Assembly: GCA_030753015.1 (NCBI GenBank)
Contig: JASMDC010000001.1
Location: 32,001-96,000 of the forward strand
Direction: 5' to 3'
Origin: Candidatus Undinarchaeales archaeon
GTDB lineage: Archaea > SpSt-1190 > JASMDC01
Length of the DNA: 64,000 bases
Within the stretch, counting starts at the first letter, position 1; each line of letters starts with the position of its first letter. A program made the translations under genes and the position numbers. Below are positions 57,955-64,000 of the stretch, piece by piece. The notes under the pieces were generated by a model. That model ran no database searches, was not told where the DNA came from, and worked only from the letters and a program-made list of their open reading frames with translations.

Positions 57955-59274
57955 TTATGGTACGAGACGGGATCGGTCACGGGGGAAGAGCACGGTCTCC
58001 CGGATGTTCTTGACGTCCAGGATGATCTGGACCACGCGCTCGATTCCCAGACCCAGGCCACCGTGGGGGGGCATCCCGAACCGGAAAGCGTCCAAGTAGA
58101 ATGTGAAGTCGCTCGTGTCCAGACCCTGTTCCTTCATCCGATTGATAAGAACGTCGTGCCGGTGCTCGCGCTGGCCGCCCGAGGTGATCTCCATCCCGCT
58201 GAACTCCAGGTCGAAAGCGCGGCATACTTCGGGACGCTCGTCGTTGACCATGATATAGAAGGGCTTGATACGCGAGGGGTATTCTGTGATGAAGTAGAGG
58301 TCATGGCCCTTCTCGGCCATGATCTTGCCGAGGACCTTCTCTGCCTCGGTCGAGAGGTCCTCGCCCCATTCGACCTCTGTCTCACTGGATGCGTTGATGA
58401 GCTCGACAGCTTCAGAGTAGGTCACCCGGGGGAAGGGTATACTGACCTCAGGTAGCTCCACACCCATCTCTTCGAGCTGGAGGGAGCAGGAGGTCCTGAC
58501 ATGCTCGAGCGCATGGGCGAGCACTCGTTCGAGCATTCCCATGACGTCCTCCTCGCTCTCGATGAAGGCCATCTCCATGTCGATCGAGATGAACTCGGAC
58601 AGGTGACGGATGGTATCCGATTTTTCAGCCCGCCAGGCCGGGGCGATCTCCAGGATCCGGTCGAGCCCGGATCCCATGAGCATCTGCTTGTAGAGTTGCG
58701 GTGACTGGGCAAGGTAGGCCTCCCGATCGAAGTAGGCGATCGGGAAGAGCGTGGAGCCTCCTTCAGCACCGGCTGCAACGATCTTGGGGGTGTGCACTTC
58801 CACGAATCCCTCATCGTCACACTTCCGGCGGAACTCCGCGAGCAAGGCGTCCTTGATAATGAACACACGGGTGACGTTCTGCCGACGAAGGTCGACGACT
58901 CGGTTGTCCAGACGCGTGTCCAGCTCGGCGTGGACCTTTCCCGTCACGTCAAGGGGGAGGGGAGTATCGGCGGGATTGAGCACCGTGACCGTTTCCGGAA
59001 TGATCTCCACGCCATGGGGGGCCTGGTTGTTCTTTTTGACCTGCCCCGAAACCGATACGACCGACTCCTTTGAGAGTGATGCGATCGTGGCGAAGAGCTC
59101 AGGCTCAAGCTTCTTCTTGATAGCGGTGACCTGGATAATCCCGGTCTTGTCCCTCAGGAGAAGGAACCTGATCCCGCCCAGATTTCTCTTACTGTGCACC
59201 CAGCCAGCTACGTTCACTGCCTTGCCGTCGAGGGCCTCGGTCAGCTCACAGGTCCACTTTGTTCTCAATACCAT
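57955..59274 (-). CDS. aspS: Aspartyl-tRNA synthetase, probably non-discriminating (Asp/Asn)
   Basis: AGWVH, QAPHGVE (His/Pro determinants of ND type), LAQSPQLYKQ, WRAE, GMPPHGG, FPRD. Confidence 0.95.
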   Translation of the reverse strand: MVLRTKWTCELTEALDGKAVNVAGWVHSKRNLGGIRFLLLRDKTGIIQVTAIKKKLEPELFATIASLSKESVVSVSGQVKKNNQAPHGVEIIPETVTVLNPADTPLPLDVTGKVHAELDTRLDNRVVDLRRQNVTRVFIIKDALLAEFRRKCDDEGFVEVHTPKIVAAGAEGGSTLFPIAYFDREAYLAQSPQLYKQMLMGSGLDRILEIAPAWRAEKSDTIRHLSEFISIDMEMAFIESEEDVMGMLERVLAHALEHVRTSCSLQLEEMGVELPEVSIPFPRVTYSEAVELINASSETEVEWGEDLSTEAEKVLGKIMAEKGHDLYFITEYPSRIKPFYIMVNDERPEVCRAFDLEFSGMEITSGGQREHRHDVLINRMKEQGLDTSDFTFYLDAFRFGMPPHGGLGLGIERVVQIILDVKNIRETVLFPRDRSRLVP

Positions 59275-59296
59275 GATGCTACACGTCCGTTGGATC

Positions 59297-59533
59297 TCAC
59301 AAGTACATGTTGTGGAAGAGCGTCCACACCACTCCCCAGACGAAGGCGAACGATGCCACCCACCCACCGGCCCCCTTGGTCGGTACGAGGCGCTTGGCGG
59401 CGAGCACTACGGCCGCAAGCAGAGGAAGTACCACGACATAAGCCATGATCTGTTCTTCCTGCTGGGACGAGAGGTATCCCGCAATCATCGCAAGCGCCAC
59501 GGTGAAGAGCGTGACAACCGTGTTCGTCGTCAT
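59297..59533 (-). CDS. Small three-TM membrane protein (EMC6-like)
   Basis: Three hydrophobic helices ending VWGVVWTLFHN; divergent promoter shared with the flippase-like gene. Confidence 0.55.
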   Translation of the reverse strand: MTTNTVVTLFTVALAMIAGYLSSQQEEQIMAYVVVLPLLAAVVLAAKRLVPTKGAGGWVASFAFVWGVVWTLFHNMYL

Positions 59534-59586
59534 CGCTGGGTTCCGGACCGACAAGAGTTTTAATTCTTTCCACCACATCGCGGCCA

Positions 59587-60552
59587 GTGACCCCGCAGGA
59601 GCTCGCGACACTTCGTCCCCGAAAGCGGACGTTGGTCCTGGCATTGGTGGTCAGCGCTCTCATATTCGTTCTGCTCCTCCTTATGGAGGAACGAGAGGTC
59701 CTGCTCACGACACTGGGGGACGCGGACATCACGTATATCGCTTTCGCTGTGCTCGCCGACATACTGGTCATAGTACTGGTCACGTGGCGCTGGCATGTGC
59801 TCCTTGAGCGCCAGGGCGTGCGGGTCCCATTCGCGCCCGAACTCGACATGGTGGCGGGCTCCATCGCGCTCAACAATGTCCTCCCTTCAGGCCGCATCGC
59901 GGGTGATCTGGTCCGCCCCATCCTCCTTGAGAAGGGATTCGGCGTCCGAAAACGACAGGGGTACGCCAGTGTTTTCGTCGACAAGGCCTTCGACTTCGGC
60001 TTCGCCTTCCTCCTCACCACCGTCTTCCTCGCGTACCTTGCGGTCTCAAGGGGTCTGGTGGGATGGTACGTCGTTGCCGTGTCGATTGTGCCGCTCCTCG
60101 TGCTCGTGGCGGTTGTGCGCAACCTCGACCTGCTCGAAGGCATCGCTCTCGGCAGGCTCGGGCGTGAACACCGGGAGGTGGTCGAGGACGTGTTCATCGA
60201 GCTCCGCACCCTGCTCCACGATCCATCCACCCTGACCGTATGCGTGCTCTGCACCATCCTCTCCATCGTGTTCCTCACCATCCGCACATGGTTCATCCTG
60301 GCAGGGCTGGGCGTGGAGAACGTGGGAATGGTGGTCTGCTGCATGATCGCCATCCTAGAGACCATGCTCTCGTCCGTCCCCATCACGCCTGGAGGTCTGG
60401 GTTTCGTGGAGGGTGGCCTCGTCACCTTCACCGCAGTGCTGGACATCGCCCGGGGACCGACCTTCACCGTCGTGGATAGGTTTATATCATATTGGCTTCG
60501 AACCGTGTTCGGGCTCTCACTCCTGGGGAGGTTCAGCAACAAATGGACCTGA
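59587..60552 (+). CDS. Flippase-like membrane protein (UPF0104 family)
   Basis: WRWHVLL, NNVLPSGRIAGD, PITPGGLGFVE, DRFISYW. Confidence 0.88.
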   Translation: MTPQELATLRPRKRTLVLALVVSALIFVLLLLMEEREVLLTTLGDADITYIAFAVLADILVIVLVTWRWHVLLERQGVRVPFAPELDMVAGSIALNNVLPSGRIAGDLVRPILLEKGFGVRKRQGYASVFVDKAFDFGFAFLLTTVFLAYLAVSRGLVGWYVVAVSIVPLLVLVAVVRNLDLLEGIALGRLGREHREVVEDVFIELRTLLHDPSTLTVCVLCTILSIVFLTIRTWFILAGLGVENVGMVVCCMIAILETMLSSVPITPGGLGFVEGGLVTFTAVLDIARGPTFTVVDRFISYWLRTVFGLSLLGRFSNKWT

Positions 60553-61502
60553 GCGAGGTTTGGACAGAAAAATATAGGCCACGGTCACTGAGCGATGTGG
60601 TAGGGCACGCCGAGATAGTCGCCCGCCTCAGAGGATTCGTAGAATCTGGATCGATACCGCATATGCTCTTCGCAGGGCCTGCTGGAACGGGTAAGACCAC
60701 GACAGCCATCGCCGTGTCTCGCGAGCTCTTCGGCGACCAGTGGCGCTATAACTTCCTCGAGAAGAACGCGTCCGACGAGCGCGGCATCGACGTGGTCCGC
60801 TCCACCATCAAGAACTTCGCCCGCACGAAGGCCATCGGCACCGCCTTCAAGATAATCTTTCTGGACGAGTGCGACGCCCTCACAAGGGACGCCCAGAACG
60901 CTCTCCGGCGTACTATGGAGAATTACTCGCTCACCTGCAGGTTCATCCTGTCCTGCAACTACTCCAGCCGCATCATCGATCCCATCCAGTCGCGGTGCGC
61001 CGTCTTCCGCTTCGCAAGGCTCACCCCCGACGGCGTCAAGAAGATGGCCGAGCGCATCCGCGACGGCGAGAACCTGAAGATGGGCGATAAGGCTATGGCG
61101 GCCGTCGTCGACCTATCTCGGGGCGACCTGCGTCGGACCGTGAACGTGCTCCAGGCATCTGCCGCCCTGGGTAAGGAGATCACCGAGGACGAGGTCTATC
61201 AGATTACCTCGGAACTGAAGGGTGGCGAGGTGCGAGACGTGCTGACGACCGCCCTAGAAGGCGATTTCCTGGTGGCACGGGGCAAGCTCCAGGACCTGAT
61301 GATAACGCGCGGCATGGCGGGGGAGGATGTTGTGCGCGCCATACATCGGGCCGTCCTTGTGCTGGATGTCGCCGAGGAGACTAAGGTCACCATCCTTGAC
61401 CGGCTCGGCGAGTACGAGTTCCGCATGGCCGAGGGGGCTAACGAGTACATCCAGCTCGATGCTCTCCTGGCGAACCTCACCATCCTCGGGAAGCGTTCGT
61501 GA
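60543..61502 (+). CDS. rfcS: Replication factor C small subunit
   Basis: WTEKYRP, GPAGTGKT, NASDERGID, LDECDALT, QSRC; no intein. Confidence 0.97.
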   Translation: MDLSEVWTEKYRPRSLSDVVGHAEIVARLRGFVESGSIPHMLFAGPAGTGKTTTAIAVSRELFGDQWRYNFLEKNASDERGIDVVRSTIKNFARTKAIGTAFKIIFLDECDALTRDAQNALRRTMENYSLTCRFILSCNYSSRIIDPIQSRCAVFRFARLTPDGVKKMAERIRDGENLKMGDKAMAAVVDLSRGDLRRTVNVLQASAALGKEITEDEVYQITSELKGGEVRDVLTTALEGDFLVARGKLQDLMITRGMAGEDVVRAIHRAVLVLDVAEETKVTILDRLGEYEFRMAEGANEYIQLDALLANLTILGKRS

Positions 61503-61504
61503 CC

Positions 61505-64000
61505 ATGACCCGCGCGACCCTCTTCGTGGTCCTGCTCCTTCTTACGGTAGGGCAGGCAGCGACCGTGACCATCGAGTCGGCGGATGCCTTCGCGCTCCCC
61601 TCGGCGACCGCACTCTTCATCAACGCCTCGCTCGAGGGCTTCCTCGCGTTCACTCCGTCCCTCACACGTCTGAGCTGTGGCGGCTCGCAGGTGCGGACCG
61701 TCTTCTTCCTCACGCCGCCGGTGGCCGGGATACCGAGCCGGCTCAAGGCCGCGGCAGTCATCCCGGGGACACCGCCGGGCCAGCTGGCGTGCCACCTGAC
61801 CGTGGGCTCGCCGGGCCTCCAGGGATCGGTCGATATCGATGCGGTCGTCTCTGCTCCGGGAGGGGGATTGAGCCTCACTCCCATCCTCCTATTCGACAAC
61901 ACCACCGGTTCCGCAAAGCTTACTCCCGGCACGTCCGCCCCCGATGTGTACACCGGTCTGTACAAAGAAGGGGAGACTGCACCGTTCAAGGGGCTCTTCG
62001 ACTACACATACCATTGTGGGAAGCTCGGTGTCGCCGCCATACCGTGCAATGAGGAGATCGCGTGGTCAGCGGTGAGCCGGGAGGACGCCAAGGGACTGGA
62101 GGCTGTCGTGCTCGCGCGCTCTGGAACTGCTGTTGGGTACGCCCGGGCACGGATGCTCTATCGGGGGATCATCGTATCCCTCAACGCCGAGCTCATGTCA
62201 CGGTCCCTGGTAGCTGACACCGAGCGCATGGTGGAGGAGGTGACCTACGAGGACAGGGTGTATGGTAGGCGCCAGCTCAACCTGACCATCCTTCCCTACA
62301 TGGACGACACACTCACTCTGGTGACTGAGCTGCCTTCGGGGACACGAACGGACAGCGTCACCGTACACACAGGCCGGCCCCTCATCATCGGCACCGTGAT
62401 CGAGACCGACCAGCCGGGCGACGTCCACTACTCCATAGAGTCGACCACCTATCGGTACGTGTGGAACGCCACACTCACCTATACCGCGGGTAGGTCCTTT
62501 GAGGTCGAGGCACCGGACCCGGTGACCATCTACCCGGGAGAGCGAACAGGGCTCAGGTTCAATGTCAAGAACCTACGGTCCGTCCCGGGACTGCGCGTAT
62601 GCGCCGAAGCGGACGGGTTCAACGCGACTGTGTCGGGTGCGACATGCCATGGATGGGACCTCGCGCCGGGGAAGGACATGGAGGTCGAGGTGGTCGTCGG
62701 GTACGACCGGGGTCCAGGTGGGAACGTCACGGTCTCCTTTCAGCCCCCCGAGTCACCCGAGGGTGCCGTCTCCATCGCTCTCGATATAAATCCTGGTGAC
62801 TTCCGGGATTATGAAGGTACGATCGGCTGCGAATGGCTACTGGGGCGTGTGCGATGCCTGTTCGATATAGCACCCTCGGGCACGCTCGAGGACCGATTCT
62901 ACTACACGATCGCACCTGCTGCAATGAGCTCAGAGCCCATGTTCATGTCCAAGACGCTCAGCGGGCCTGCAGACAAGGATTTACTGCTCTACGATATCGC
63001 AGCCGACGACCGCGAGCTGGCACAGGACGTGGACCTGCTCCACTTCTACGTATCCCTGGCAAAGACGGAGCCCCTCTTCACAGAGACCCCGGAGTTCACC
63101 GACGTGCTCGCTCTCGCGGACAGTGTGCGGGGCGACATCGACCGGTACAATATCGATCCCGCCGTCAAGGAGCCCGTCTACCAGGCGCTCGCCAGAGCGG
63201 TCGCGCGGGAGACACCCCTGACCGATGTTCTCGAGCCGTTGACCAGCTTCCGCAAGGAGATGCTCAACGCTTCGGTCACGATGCTCGCAAAGCGCCTGGA
63301 CGTGTCCGTCAAGGTCGTGATGTGCAACCGTCCCTATAAACGGGCCGGCGCGGCGATCGTGCGCTGCATCGCCAACGAGACGATCCTGGACGCCCGTGCA
63401 TCGGTCGATTTCACGGTGACGGCGCCAGCGTCCGTCTTTGCCCGCCAGGGTAGAGAGATCGATATCCCGGTCACTGTGATCAGCTCGCTCGCCAATCCCG
63501 CACCATTCGTCGTGCGCCTCTCCTCTGCCTCCCGTGAAGCCATGGAGAAGGAAGGGACGGTGGACGGGTCCCGGACCTTCACATTCAAGGTGACCGAGAG
63601 TGAGCTCGGGGACGTCCAGTTCCATGCCTCCGCCTTCCCGTCGGGACAGGACGGAGTGGGTCGGACGACGACCGTGCTCCTACACGTCTCGGACGAGCGT
63701 TACATCGCGCTTGAGACGATCGAGGAGATAGGGTGCACCATCCGTTCTGGTTCTTGCGAAGTTCAGGTCCCGGTCACCAACCGGGGCACAGATGAACAGC
63801 AGGTGAACATGGACATCGCACCGGGAAGCGGGGCCGAGCTTGCAGCGGTCCCTCCCGAAGTGCTCGAAGTGGGGGAGACGATGAACCTCACCGCATCGAT
63901 CTCGGGTTTCAACAAGACCGGGGAACAAACGTGCGTGCTCCTTGTTGTACCGGTGGGCAACGAATCCCTCGCTAACCGCGTCACCGTGCGCGCCCGCCCG
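61505..64000 (+). CDS. Large secreted beta-rich protein (runs off the window's right edge)
   Basis: Not in the ORF track because it has no stop. MTRATLFVVLLLLTVGQAA signal peptide; frame open at the points checked up to 64000. Confidence 0.7.
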   Translation, partial: MTRATLFVVLLLLTVGQAATVTIESADAFALPSATALFINASLEGFLAFTPSLTRLSCGGSQVRTVFFLTPPVAGIPSRLKAAAVIPGTPPGQLACHLTVGSPGLQGSVDIDAVVSAPGGGLSLTPILLFDNTTGSAKLTPGTSAPDVYTGLYKEGETAPFKGLFDYTYHCGKLGVAAIPCNEEIAWSAVSREDAKGLEAVVLARSGTAVGYARARMLYRGIIVSLNAELMSRSLVADTERMVEEVTYEDRVYGRRQLNLTILPYMDDTLTLVTELPSGTRTDSVTVHTGRPLIIGTVIETDQPGDVHYSIESTTYRYVWNATLTYTAGRSFEVEAPDPVTIYPGERTGLRFNVKNLRSVPGLRVCAEADGFNATVSGATCHGWDLAPGKDMEVEVVVGYDRGPGGNVTVSFQPPESPEGAVSIALDINPGDFRDYEGTIGCEWLLGRVRCLFDIAPSGTLEDRFYYTIAPAAMSSEPMFMSKTLSGPADKDLLLYDIAADDRELAQDVDLLHFYVSLAKTEPLFTETPEFTDVLALADSVRGDIDRYNIDPAVKEPVYQALARAVARETPLTDVLEPLTSFRKEMLNASVTMLAKRLDVSVKVVMCNRPYKRAGAAIVRCIANETILDARASVDFTVTAPASVFARQGREIDIPVTVISSLANPAPFVVRLSSASREAMEKEGTVDGSRTFTFKVTESELGDVQFHASAFPSGQDGVGRTTTVLLHVSDERYIALETIEEIGCTIRSGSCEVQVPVTNRGTDEQQVNMDIAPGSGAELAAVPPEVLEVGETMNLTASISGFNKTGEQTCVLLVVPVGNESLANRVTVRARP

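Overview
High-GC archaeal chromosomal segment. The evidence is porA/D/G, metG, nurA, herA, fen with a PIP box, aEF-1beta, tRNA-Gly(CCC), TrmB, geranylgeranyl reductase, non-discriminating aspS, rfcS and mostly leaderless genes behind TATA boxes. A DPANN-type lineage is plausible but is only an inference. Main accessory observations: (1) an AT-richer island at about 26.3-31.35 kb is organised like an integron gene-cassette array without an integrase. Three consecutive cassettes (a hypothetical gene, an AbiEi/AbiEii toxin-antitoxin pair with a dead toxin, and an ICMT-family methyltransferase) each have a 5' GTT core complementary to their own 3' AAC core, and attC-like hairpins separate them. 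(2) An A10 slippery run sits at the -1 junction of a ChlI-like AAA+ gene and a VWA gene, a candidate programmed frameshift giving a ChlD-like fusion. (3) A putative envelope/lipid-modification cluster contains a Tes-like radical SAM enzyme, a carbamoyltransferase, two flippase-like proteins and a PP-loop ATPase, with a U32 protein, QueD and an MFS transporter nearby. (4) A tandem pair of unknown proteins with an RNase H-like residue pattern lies next to a beta-CASP nuclease. (5) A voltage-gated channel has a non-canonical filter. (6) A solo tnpB IS element is present. All calls come from reading the sequence by eye; no searches were run.
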